In this document: one piece after another, positions 36,483-48,836 of the stretch
Layout: each line of letters begins with the position of its first letter
How positions within the stretch are numbered: the stretch's first letter is position 1
Assembly (NCBI GenBank): GCA_023920165.1
Contig: CP089275.1
Location: forward strand, 2,790,001 to 2,854,000
Source of the DNA: Curvularia clavata
Lineage: Eukaryota
Direction of reading: 5' to 3'
DNA: 64,000 nt
The notes under the pieces: generated by a model
Database searches by the model: none
What the model was told of the DNA's origin: nothing
Seen by the model: only the letters and a program-made list of their open reading frames with translations
Position numbers and translations under genes: made by a program

Positions 36483-37560
36483 ATGGACCTCGAGCCTTCC
36501 AGTGCTGTACGCGGTTCATCACCCTACGCAACTGCGGAATCGCAGCCACGAAACCCGTATGCGAGAATACCCTCGAGGAGAGCAATAGCATGCGTTACGT
36601 GTGCCAAAGCGAAGACCAAGTGCAACAAGGCAGTGTGTATCTCCTTGGTCGCATGGCTTTTAGAAGACGCTGACAGTCAAGGTACCCGCATGTTCGCGCT
36701 GCATTACCAAAGGTATCGCGTGTGAACCAAGATCAACCCGCCGCACCTCCGAGAACAAGAACAGATCAAATATCAGGAAACAACCAACAGTGCCAAGGAA
36801 ACATCACTCTTTGAGCGCTTTCTCAGGCTGCGATCAATCCAGCTCACCTCGTCATTCGCCACCCTCAGACGAAACCGGACATGTACGAAGCATGTCATAC
36901 GACTGCTATAGCATTGTTAAAGCGGATGAGCAAGCTTTGATGCTCTCTGGATACCCTGTGCTCACTCCTCTACCGACACAAACACCATACACAGCCAACG
37001 AGAGCCAATTATGCAGCGAAGATTGTGAACAAAATCAGACCTTTTCTGAACACGCAATGTCAAACAGCAATCTCTCAAGTTTAGGCGGCCTATCACCACC
37101 TACGCCTGAACCAATGGTCTTTCACGAGCCTGTGCCTGTGGCCCATTGCATCGACTACAGTTCATTTCCTCAACCGTGGTGTGAGGAAGTTTCGGCATCT
37201 ATTGAGTATGACTTTGGCTCCATTATCACGGATATTGTGTCACCAGACACGTGGACAATGTCGAACACTGCGATCACAATCCCTTCGACATCGCACATAC
37301 AGTGGCCACAACCAGATCCTATATTTCAACAACCACGAATACGAATGGAGCAAATATCGTATCCTGATGGTATCGGTACCTATTCCGGTAGCCAATCTTC
37401 GTCAGAGGGTTGTTTCTCAAGTCCAATACCGGACTGGAGGATGTTTGAGCCGGTTGGTGCCGAATTAAGTACCAACGCTTCGACGTCTCTTCTTTTGAAC
37501 ATGTCTTCCGGCTGGGAAGATGGTTTCGTATGTGAGCCATCATCATACCAGATGTTTTGA
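36483..37560 (+). CDS. Zn(II)2Cys6 protein with S/P-rich acidic tail (~342 aa); intron 36633-36681
   Basis: ACVTCAKAKTKCNKA|VPACSRCITKGIACEPR cluster; splicing joins it in frame to ORF 36790..37560. Confidence 0.85.
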
Positions 37561-39094
37561 ATCCAAGAAAGGGAGGCGCATTTTTGGAACGGTACCTGAC
37601 TTGTAGCTTGCATATAGATTTTCGGACTAGCGTGTGTCGCGAGAAAGTCATTATACTACAACACACGACGTGCAGTTCCTTTTGAGCAATCTTGCCTGGT
37701 ATGTTCGTGGCTCAAGAAGCTATCTCTGTAAAAGTGGCCGGATTAGGCATTTCTTGTGGTTTCAAGACTTCTCCAAGGAAATGCGCAGTCGTCAAACATG
37801 CCCGAGATTACTTGGTCACTACAACAATATATTATTGTAGAGTACAATGATATATTTCAATTTATGTCGCCGCTACCGAATCAATCTATATTGCAGTCTG
37901 TCCATCCCGCATTTTTTTCCATCATCTCTGTACCATTTCTGCAGACGAGTTCTACAGCATACGATTGCAGAAAGGCCACGTGGGACTGTTACTCAGTGGC
38001 CCCTACAAAACGTCGTTCTCACTCCGCCTTTGCATCGTTTCTGCAGCCACCACACTACCGAGATGACCCAACTCTTGGCGCTCAACATTGCAATCGCCTA
38101 ATGTTGCCGCCTGTACGGCTCAATGGTTAAATGAAATCCCACTAGCAGATTGGCTAAGTGTACCCGCTCATCGCCGATCTTTGTGAATCTCAAGAGTACG
38201 CTGGGCTCGCGCCACCAGAGCAAGCCCATTGTTACACCACCACTGACTGCGTCCGCGGTACAGATTACGTTTACTACGATTTTACTATCCTGTCGCACCA
38301 CTAACCACTCTTGTTCAAACTAAACTATGTTTTTTGGATACAGTCTTAGAGTTAGCAGCTGATGATCATAAAAGATAATCGATGAAGCAACTAGATAATC
38401 CTCAGAAAATCGTTCCGGTAAAACCCGGACTTTATCGCCTGTTCATCAATCTGCAGTTGCAGTTGCAGCTGTGAGTTGAAGCACCATAGCTTCAGTGATG
38501 CATTGAGTCGACCAGCCAGTTGGTATTTGGTACTTACGAATCAAGGCTGCATCCGCCTGCGTCCGCACTTGCATACTCAGAGCAAGCCCCCACCAGGTAA
38601 ACCAGAGCAGAGTGGCTGTCATCCAGGCGAAGAGGGTTTGTAGGAGCGGGCTGTGTCGTCCTCGGAATACGAAAGCTAGCGGCGTTTTCCACCCAATCAG
38701 AATAGTAATCGCATTCGTAGCTTGATGAACTGCGTTGACTGCTTACCTTAAGGATATGACCACCGTGAGAAATCTTCGCTAATGGGTCTTTTCAGTAGTA
38801 AGATGACGCTGGAAGTTTAAGGGATCGCAATGTGCCTTACTTTCATGTACATCTTACTGCTTGTCCAATCCCACTCTGATACTAATCACTTGCCAGATAC
38901 TAAGACTCAGCGGACCGTCCCACTGCCCACACGTCAGGCGCATCTGGAGGTGGAGCTCCAATCAACCTATCACACAACGACGTTGACGCCACGGCGCTTG
39001 AAAGGATCATGCGCGGTTTGAATGTCAATAACGCTTAGGTTCCCAAAAAGAAGAAAACTAGGGCATTGCCGCAGCCTGTCATTAGTGGCCGACA

Positions 39095-40826
39095 ATGGCG
39101 CGCTCTTGGGTCGGCAACATCTTGTCCACATCTTCGGCGTCGCCATACCTCAGCTCTCCAGTTCCTGCGCCATCGCGTCTTCTGCGTGACTGCTGCACTC
39201 CATGTCATGTGGTGGCGTGCTCCTTATCGATATTAACATCCCCTACCGCAGGTACTGTAAGCCTGCATTACCTCATGTCATACGCAGGCGCAAGCGTTGC
39301 TTCCTCCATGCAGGAACGCTGAGCTCCGAAAGGTACGACAGCGCATGTCCGTGATGCAACACTTACTCCAATTGCGACCTAGATGTGCTTGAAGAGTTAC
39401 CAGACTGTCGGGACCAGCATCTATCCACGTGCCTGATGGTGGCTGATTGTACTCGAGCTAACCGGGTCACGTATCCGTTTCTCCGACCTGGATATGCCGC
39501 AGTATACACGTCGAGCACTACCGGAGTGCATGAAAGTATATTGGATATTCCACTAGCGTTTCCTCTTATCGATGAGAACCTCTGTTCTTTCAACATGGCA
39601 TTCTTCCCGAGTCAGGGCCCATACTTCTGACCATCCCATGATCCTTCCCGCAACACCCGCCCATATCGACGCCCGTAGCACCAAATGATTGGGTAAAGTC
39701 ATTGAATCAGCTCTTGTTTGGGTTTCCTAGTCTCCCAAAATTGCATGACACCAGCACGGACAACGCGTTCGCAGCCAAGTGCCACCCAGCTCGCATCATG
39801 ATGCTTCGTTTTCTGGTGTCAGCCTTGAGCCCACCGTCTCTCCAGAAGCCGAGGTAGCCCACCATCTTTGCCGGCTGACATTCAATACAAACCTGCATGA
39901 AAGAAAAAGGAAAACTGTAGAGGGTTGACCGATTCCTAGGGACATCTAGGAGCAGTGGGTAGGTCCACAGAAACCCGTTATAGCACGGGCCCATCTCTAG
40001 CGACTGTGGCAGTACTGTTGAATGGTGTAGGGCCAGCACCTGGTGGGGACTAAGATATCCTCAAACGCCATCGGGCCGTTCCACAGCATAGTCAAGCGAG
40101 ACCTAGACGGTCCATAGATGTAAAGGGCTCGGATCTGCGCACCAAAGCAGTCATTAGGGGGGAGCCTCGACCACGAGGCCACCACTGGGATTGAACACCT
40201 GATCGAGGCAACGAAGAGGCCACCACATCTGCCGAACATGACATCGTGTATAGGATCCCTTGTTCTTGGCTGCTGATGGATATCAGGGCACGAGATAACG
40301 CCTCAAAACAGTGACCACAGCCTCCTACCGGTGAGCAAGGAGGCCACAATACGAACTCCATGGACAAAAGGTGACTGGATCGTCGTGAACTAGTAAGTTA
40401 CCACCACCGTGTGGGTCGTCACAAGCTTTCTTACAGGCCATGCTTGGACGTGCGAGGCATCCTTGAGCACTTGGCCACTTGGCCTCTCCTCCTACACCAC
40501 CTCGGTCACATTGACACCATGTCAATACTTCCCTTCCCATGCCGTCCCGACCCTTTGTTCCCGCCCGCTAGCCCGCCGACCTCGCTCTTCGCTCCTTCTT
40601 TAGTCTCTAGTCTAGTTAAATGCGACTCGAGGCTAGGAAAACGCCCCATAGGATTGGAACCGCCTACTTCCGGGACGAATACGACACTTTGCGTTCGAGG
40701 CCCACCAACACCGCGTACCTCGCATCCCAAGAGCTTCAAGCCTACATCGTTGCTTCGCGTCTTACGTCGCCACCTGCAGAGCGGACATTGTATTTAGCCG
40801 GTGGGGTACGCAGGAGAGTGCGGTGA
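39095..40826 (+). pseudogene. Possible decayed protein-coding gene
   Basis: Protein-like stretches on the + strand broken by repeated in-frame TGA/TAA, with an intron-like GTACGA..CTTAC..TAG at about 39332-39382. No family recognised. Confidence 0.25.
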
Positions 40827-41178
40827 AGGGGCATCTGGGTGTCACTGCCTCGTGGCTCGAGTACGCGTGGCAATGGCTTGATGGCGAGGGGTGGGAACTC
40901 TGAGAATTTTGTAGGATCGACGCAGGTACTCCGGTCTCAGACTGCGGACGAATCTAGGTGCGGTGCAATTTGAGTTAATTTGGGAAGATTGCAAAGCCTG
41001 GCTAAGATGGTTGTTTGATTGGGATGGATCTGGTAATGTCGATTTGGGAAGTATGTCCAAAGTGGTAACCAGATGGTGATAGAGCTGTTTGGTTTTAAAT
41101 CACTACCGGCTTCAAACATGTTGATTTATTTTCAATCACAGGCTTGACAAACGTCAACATGTTACTATCTCCCAGTCC

Positions 41179-42295
41179 TCATGATTCAAGCCTACACATA
41201 GCACGTATTCTATCGATGTGCGGTTGCAATAGAGGCTCTTCCCTCGTTGATACTGGAAACAGAGTGTGCAGATTATCCACTTCAAACCGCAACTCTTCAT
41301 TCGTCATTTGGTCCAAAGGCGTCACGTACTGACAGTCTCTCCGCCGAGCAATAATAACTTCGGCATGTTTATCCTGCGGTACTTGAGTCAGTGAGAAGCC
41401 AACACACGAAAGCTCCTATGTATACTATTGCACTGCGAGACCGATAACTTTTCTCTTCACAGCACCTCATCCCCAACAACCACCGCAAAAGACAGTAAAC
41501 AAGACGAAAACCACATACCTCAGCAATCTCCTCACAAACCGCCACATACTCCTCCGCCTCTCGAAAACTATACCCAACCAGCACCTCTACTCTCCTCCTC
41601 GCACCCCCCGTCTCCACACACAGCAATCGTCCATGCTCAAAATCCGATTGCACCCGCCACCTTGTCGACACCACGAGCGGCGTAAACGAGCGCAGCATGC
41701 CCAACAGCGACGCCAGCGAAAGCAGGGGCATAGTCCCCTCGTGGATAAACCCTATTTTTGCGAGGCGCGGAAGCTGTTGTTCCCAGAGAAGGCGCCACAG
41801 AATGTGTACGATGAGTTCTCTGGGTACTCCACCACCAACACCTATACTGCCAGTACTGCCGCTGGTACTGAGAGAAGTAGTAGGCGGTCCCCTGAAGCGA
41901 AACCAGACCTCCTTCACACCTGTTAATCCCGCTTCTTTGAAACCAAAGTTGCGGACGCCGAATCGCCTTCCTTCTCGCACCCACATGGTCGACGGATCCA
42001 GCGGCAGACGCAGCATCAAGTTGCTGATTTCTGTCGCGCACACTGGATCCAGTAGCTCACGTGTTTGGGCGAGGAGATGCGCGGCATTGGTCCAGGAGAG
42101 GGGGTAAATGGCGCTTTCGGAGCGCGCGAGAGATGCGTATTCCAAGTAGAGTTGGCGACAGGTCCAGGGGAGGGCCATGGCGCTGGTGAGCAGTGAGGAA
42201 GGGGGTTTCGTCCCAGAGGTGCGATGGAAAGCGTAGAGAATGATTTGGTTGCGGATTTCGCCAGGTAGAGTGAGGAGGGGAGAAGGCTGGGCCAT
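41179..42295 (-). CDS. F-box-like hypothetical protein; intron about 41374-41518
   Basis: N-terminal SPLLTLPGEIRNQIILYAF and LPWTCRQLYLE motifs, common in fungal F-box-like proteins. A GTATGT donor with CTGAC..CAG acceptor adds a last exon ending CRLES*. Confidence 0.7.
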
Positions 42296-42591
42296 CTTTA
42301 GGCCTTCAATGATACTGCCTTTATTATTATTAAGATGTTTTCGAAATGAGATGTTCGTAAAACGTTGTGTTGTTTTATTTTAGAGTACAAGTTTGGGGAC
42401 TACGCACGGCATTGGTGGTGAGACTCGACTTGGAAAGTGAAGTTGCTGGGTTACGTGATGTGCTAGCCCCGGCCCCACTATGGTCTCTCACGGTCTGGTC
42501 AACGTTATTGTTCTGCTTTAGTTCGGTGGAGAGGGTAATAAGTAAGACCCATATCGGTCGGCACAAAAACTTCAGTAAAAAATCTACAAAA

Positions 42592-42710
42592 ACATACGAC
42601 AGCGGGGATTCGCCAGTGGTCACCCACCTGACTACTAGCCCACCGGTCGAAGGATTGACGTGTGGAAATCGGACGGGATCCAGTCTGATACTTCGCCTAT
42701 GGTCGTATGT
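42592..42710 (-). rRNA. Dispersed 5S rRNA gene (119 nt, divergent type)
   Basis: ACATACGACCATAGG...CCCGTCCGA...TAGTAGTCAGGTGGGTGACCACTGGCGAATCCCCGCTGTCGTATGT. Complementary ends, a T-run Pol III terminator immediately downstream and a CATAAA element near -28. Confidence 0.95.
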
Positions 42711-42822
42711 GCTAGATATTTCTTTTCATGAATTTATGAAGACATTATGTGTGTCGAGGCTATCCCTTCAGACACTTGCTCTACGGCACTACCATCATAT
42801 AATACAACCGCCCCAGCCTACT

Positions 42823-44269
42823 CTACTCCTCCTCCACACACCCTGCATCCTTACACTTCTTCTTATCACACACCTTGTGAAAGTTGGCATGCGCCCTCGC
42901 GCCCTCCCCAATCAACTTCCTAAACTGCCCAAACTCGCAACTCGCACCTGGACCATCCTGACACGCCGGGATGGGGCGAGGAGCGGTATTCGCAATGAAG
43001 CGGACATAGACACCGGGCCCATCGCCATGCACAGCGCCCCGTTCGCATGTCATTTTCTCCATGCCGACGTGGCCAAGGAACGGAATGAGGTCGCTCATAC
43101 GCCAAGCACGTGTCCAGTTGATGTGGTCAGTTGGGAATTGCTCCTTAGCGTTGGAAGAAGAGTTGAAGAGGCCGAGGGCTGTGGCGATGAAGGGGGGTAC
43201 TTCGCGGTGGGTGAAGCCGAGGAAGAAGCGCTGGGAATCGGGCCAGCCGTCGCCGGGGGTGTTGTGCTTCTCAATGTGCGCGAAGAGCTCGGATTGTGTT
43301 TGCAGCCAAGGGAAACCGAGGTAGGGTGATAGAGGATTGAGGGGCCCGACCATGTAGGCGTATTTCAGGTCCCATGCGTACTCGTATGCCATCCATTCTG
43401 AGTCGGTGAACTGCGAGCAAATGGGGCTGCGCTCGCCTTTGATGGCCGACTCGTAGCCGCAGAGCATTTGGAAGCCGACGACGTCTTTGGGCTTGAGCTC
43501 AAAGGGTACGTAGGGGGAAAGGCGCTTTGCGACGCTCTTGCCGTACAGCTCAATGACCTTTTGCTGCTCCTTTTCACCGGGCTTCTTGGAAAAATTCTTG
43601 CAAGACTTGTGTGGGATGAGAGACTCCATAGAGCCGTTCTTGTTCTCAGTAATGCGGACAATCTCAATTTCGTCCTCTTGGGGGAAAGCCTTGACAAGGT
43701 TCTCGGCAGTGTCAAAGGTCCTGCTCTTCTTGTCCGCCAATATCCTCCTTGTTTCAGGAACGAGATGCGGATACCGCTGCAGTAAGTGTTTCCCTACCAG
43801 CTTCGCATCTACGGCACCCGATGGTGTCAATTCTTCTAGTTTGTCTTCTAAAATAGGTGACTGCCATTTGCTCATAAAAGCCAGGGGCCCGGACCATCCT
43901 TGTCGATGCTTTTCCAGTTTCCAGAGAAAAGGTTTAATGTACTCTTCGTACTCGGCATCGTTTGAGTAAATAGCACCATGTCGAATAATGTAGCTTGCCG
44001 CTGTCACATTGCAGCCTACGGGAGGTGTGTGCTCCAGACCAAAACCTGCAGATAGTGAGCAAACTAGGTCACAATAATTTCGCAATGTCACTACCTATGG
44101 CGTCAAAATAGGGAGATATTCCAGGGAGATGCAGCAGTGGATCAAATTTGTAGTTTTGCGAATGGTCCAGCGGCCTGAGTGGTGACTGCGCTTGGCTTTG
44201 GGTTGACTGGAAAAAGGGCACCGCTAAAGCCGAGGCCGGGACAGCCAGCAAGGCAGCAAGAGACAGCAT
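42823..44269 (-). CDS. Secreted histidine acid phosphatase / phytase-like protein; intron about 44046-44095
   Basis: Signal peptide MLSLAALLAVPASALA, LPGISPYF, IIRHG, ELTPSG and CQDGPGASC motifs of fungal histidine acid phosphatases. Confidence 0.88.
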
Positions 44270-45215
44270 CTCAAAGCTTACACGGAGTAGCTTCCGGTGC
44301 GATTATAGGGCCAGGTAAAGATAGACTTGGAGAGTTTGGCAGCAGGGCGACGCGCTGTTTTGTTGATTGCATTTTCGGTGACGTATATGGTTCCACTAGG
44401 TACCTTTTCGGCACGCTAGTCGACACGCCTTGGGGCCAAGGGTTCAGATATCGTCACTTGTGGCTGAGGATCGAATTAACGTATACGCTGTTGCGTATTA
44501 AGTTCCAATAAGAAAACAAGTAGCGTCTCTCACAAGTCTGGGACATAAGGCATCTATGTTAGTTACTCTGAGCATCGACCTGAAATCACCTACCATACAC
44601 CATGTCCACTACAGGTGTCATCTATGGGCTTCTTGGGATGCGAAAATATTGCAATTTAGTTGGTACAAGAATTAGCACTAGACTATGAAGACTAGTGTAT
44701 ACTGCCGGCCATGACACTATAGTGGCATTGCACGGCTGGATACATGCCTCCATGTCCATTGCTACATGTTGTAAACAGGACGTATCGGCTGGTATACGCA
44801 GGCAGAACTTGCTCCATCACTCTTCACTGAACGTATCCTCTTCTCCCGCAGCTCTTTGCACGCAAACCCTTAGTGTCTTTGCTCGCATAGTGGATGCTCT
44901 TCGTAGACGCATACCGTTCGTCTTGTTGAAGGGAGCTGTTGCTTAGCCGGTCGAACGCAGTCACGATGTTGTGAAGTTGATTAAACGGTGATACCTACCA
45001 CGTAGTGTCGCGTGCTTTCTGCAGTAGCAATGGCAAGCGTGGAAGCATTTGATGTTTGTCTCGGATGCTAGTCATAGCATCATAGACCAAACAATCACGT
45101 CCTAAATAATCAGCCGGGTCCGAATAGATTACAGAAGAAAATGTCCAGGCTGACATCATCCCTAAACGCTTCGACACCATGCGAGGCAAGATAACTCAAA
45201 GGGAAAAGCAGGAAC

Positions 45216-48200
45216 TTACCAGTTCACATCTGACAGCTGCAACTTTCGTGCACGCTGGTTGCTGCGGTTGGTCCCAGCTTTGTCCAGGCGCGGCTGCGCA
45301 TATGGATTTGGAGTCTTGTCCAGGCCTTGATATGTTTTAGTGCATATTCTATTGGTGTTAGGTTGAAGGGTGTAAAGAAAAGGTAAATCACCAGTTGTGT
45401 CGTCGGCATCCTCGCGGGCTTCGTTGTAGTTAAGAACAAGGCTCTTGATGCGCTGTCGTTCCTCTGTGTCGGCTTGTTGCTTGTTGCGCATGGCAACAGC
45501 AAATGTCGAGTCCGAAGGTAGGTCAATGGATCGGGTTTGCGTGCGGTTACCACGCTTGCTCAGTAGCGAGAATTTCATCGTCTGCGACGAAGGTGCAGCG
45601 ACTGGAGCTGGCGTTTCGCCTCCACTGTCTTCAGCATTGACGGTAGTCTCTCTGGCGCGGCGCATGGGCAGTGGCACATCAAACACAGGCTTTCGGTCGT
45701 GCTTGCGCGACTCTGCGCTCTCAGACATGAGCTTAGCAAGCTCGCGGTCAAACTCAGCATCGGCTTCAGGATCGCGCTCATCCTCCTGGCGTGTTACCAC
45801 AATACGTTCTTCCTCCTCGTCCGAAGAAGCTTGCTTGACAGGTTCATCATCTTCCGACTCATCTTCCTCGTCACCAGATGATTTGTCGCCTTCGCCTTCT
45901 GCTATATCGACATCCTCGTCGTCTGGGCCATCTAGCTCATCATCAGATGCAGACACGTCGTCCTCGTCCGGCTCCACAGGCTTATCTGTTGCTGTGGTCT
46001 GGTAATTCTGCTTGACAGCTTCAGCAAAAGCACGTGAAGCTTCCTCCGGATCGGTGATGATCTTCCACTGTGGTCGAACGAGGTTGTATGCATCTTGCAC
46101 GATGAACTCCACGTCCATCGGGAGCGCTTCTTTCATGCAGACGTAGTATTGTAGAAAAGTGAGGAAGAAGTCAAGCTTCTTTTTGGCTGCACCTTTGTCG
46201 TAGTACATGCCGCATGTCTCCAAAAGGTTACAGACTAAGCGGATACGGAAATAGTCGTCGGGGAGATCCAAAGGATTGTATACTCCAGGTCGTATGTACC
46301 CGCCCTCCCAGCCGTAGTTCAAGAGTTTGTAAAGCGTGTCAAAGATGAGGGGTGAATCAACCAACCGATATATGTACAGTTCACCAAGGTACTTGACCTC
46401 GGAAATCCGCCGCTGATTGAACTTGAAATCATTCAATTCCAGTCCAAAAGTGATTGACTCTAGAAGATCGTCGATGACTGAAATCGCAAAGTCTTGATGG
46501 AACCGATGGATCGTTCCGAGCATAACAGCCAGCAGGTGGATGTTACTGTACTTGATCTTTCCAGGCTTTGCAAAGACCTTGTGAAGGAGATTGACTACAT
46601 CCTCCTCTTCCCAGTGCATCTTGCGGATCTGCTTGATAGTCTTGTCTAGCGAGCGACGAGTCAAATCCTGGTACATGATCTTGCGTAGGAAGAGCTCGAT
46701 CGGCGTGCGCTCTTTTTGCTCAATTGCGGCACGCTGCGGAGGGTTCACATAATAGACGGCGTTTTCAATCAGCATACGCTCCTGCTGACCGATGACCTGA
46801 GCAGCCTTCTTACGCTGGAGAGTCTCTAGGAAAGAGGCCATGCGAGGAGACGTCTCTGGATTTCGGAGCAGATAACGGCCACAATTCTCCAGCAGATTAC
46901 AAATAATCTCAATGTTCATGCGTGAAAAGTCATCCAGGCTGACTTTGAGACAGTGAAAGATGACGTGTTCAGGTACGACGCCGAACTTGGTCAGTTCAGC
47001 AAGGTAGCGGACATTCTGCGTACGCACTTGTCCGAGGAAATCTTTGGATTTACGCCGCTGCAAACTCCTAAACTCCTCATCAAGATAGGATACCAGTCCT
47101 TGCGGGACATCAGACATGTACTTTCCGAGCGTGGCAATCAGTCTAGAATAGAGGGGTAGCAAGTCGGACCGTCCCTTGGGAATTTCCTGGACGGCCTTTA
47201 TGAGACGGTTGCGGGACGCTTTTGAGTTTAGGAAACAAAAGTCCATTGCAGTCTGGTCTACTGCATCCTTGGTCGCAAGCTCAGGTAGGCGTGCCAAAAG
47301 GGCATCAACCTGGGCTCCGACAGACTTGTTGGCGATAGCAGTAGACTGGTCATCCCCATCGGCCGCTTTACCATCGGCCGCTGTGTCTGCTGCTTCCTTC
47401 TCGGAGCCCTCTGGCTTTGGCTCAATTTTCTTGCCAACTTGCTCATCGCCATCTGGCTTCTTTTTCTTTACTTCCTCAAGCAAAATCCCCGGGACACGGT
47501 CTTTCAAGTCAATCAGATTTTCGTAGAAGCGGCGCTCTTCTTCATCTTCCCAGATGCCAGCCCCATCACTTTGGCCGCGTAGATACTCACCAGCCTTGAT
47601 CAGGCCAATAGAGCCGTCACCTGTGTTTGCAGAACCATCCTTCTCCTTCAAGTCCGGCATTTCTGCATTCAATGCGTCGGCCAAGACTTGTGCATTGGCT
47701 ACGAGCTTTTCTTGCGACTTCATCTGCTTCTCATAGTTGGACTGACGATCCTCAAAGACCTCACCAGACTTGACGTATGCTTCGGCGTTTTTACGGCCTT
47801 GACTGAGTATATGCTTCTGATCACGAAAAAGGTGTGCTTTGACGTCTTCGAAATAACGGGTGAGGATGTTTCGGAACCGTTGTTGCAACTCTGGGGAGAC
47901 AAGGGGCTGATCTTTGCTGTCCTCATGGTCGTCCTCGGCGCCAGACATGTCGCCGTTGTTGTCTGGTACCGTAGTTCCATCGTCGTTGACAGTTTTGCGG
48001 CCCTCGGCAGAAGGCGGCTTGGTGCCGAGTATATCCCATGCAAAAGCCTTGACGAAGATGACGACTAGAGGCAGATTAACGTGTTCGCGGTCGTGTCCAA
48101 GCATGTCCTTCAGGACTTCCAACGGGAAGGGCTCAGCGTCGGCATTCTCTGCCCGCGACTTGGTCTTGGTCGAGCCTTCCACCAGCTTGCCATTATCTTT

Positions 48201-48836
48201 GCTCTTGCTCGCTTCTTCAGGTCGAGTTACGTCATCCAGACTTCGCAAAACACCCACGAGCCAGAGTTCTGTAGCAACACGAAGAAGTACACGCTGGCGT
48301 GCTAGACGCTCCTTCTCTTCACGTTCTCGCACATCCTGAGCGAGCGTCTTCAGATGTGACTTGTCCGGGGTGGCAAGTCCCCTCCCAATGTACCAGCCAA
48401 TGTATCCAGTAAACTCGGCAGGGCCAAAACGTTGGTGGAGGGCGCTGACAATTTCTACACCGGCGGCAATCTCTCCGGGTGTCTTGAGCTTGCACAGGCC
48501 TTCGTAGCAGGCAGATATGATTTCGGAAAGATATTTGTGGAGAGACAAGGCGCGGATTTCTTGGAGGAACTGGGCTTGGGCGGGAGCGTTGATGGCGGTT
48601 CGGAGGCGCTTGATAAAGGCGGTATTTTTCTTCATGGACGAGTCGAGGGAGCCTTGGACGGCAAAGACATCTGGTATGTCGTTAGCAGGAAAGTCGTGGT
48701 TGTCAGTAGGCTGGACGTATGTACCTTGGTCGCCATCCCAGGCGCGAATGTTGAGTTCACGAAGCTCTCCTAGTGGCTATTAGCACCCGGCCGCAGACTA
48801 CAACCAAAGATGCGTACGCTTCCTGTGCCGCTCCAT
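45216..48836 (-). CDS. UPF2: Nonsense-mediated decay factor UPF2/NMD2
   Basis: LDSSMKKNTAFIKRL, IWEDEEERRFYENL, MIF4G domains, PDDYFRIRLVC, an acidic region and Upf2 C-terminal FSLLSKRGNR. Two short 5' introns after MERHRK. Confidence 0.95.

Noticed and set aside
42367..43329. 320-aa ORF on the plus strand
   Set aside because: Antisense read-through of the 5S rRNA (TYDSGDSPVVTHLTT...) and of the phosphatase CDS; a typical spurious translation.
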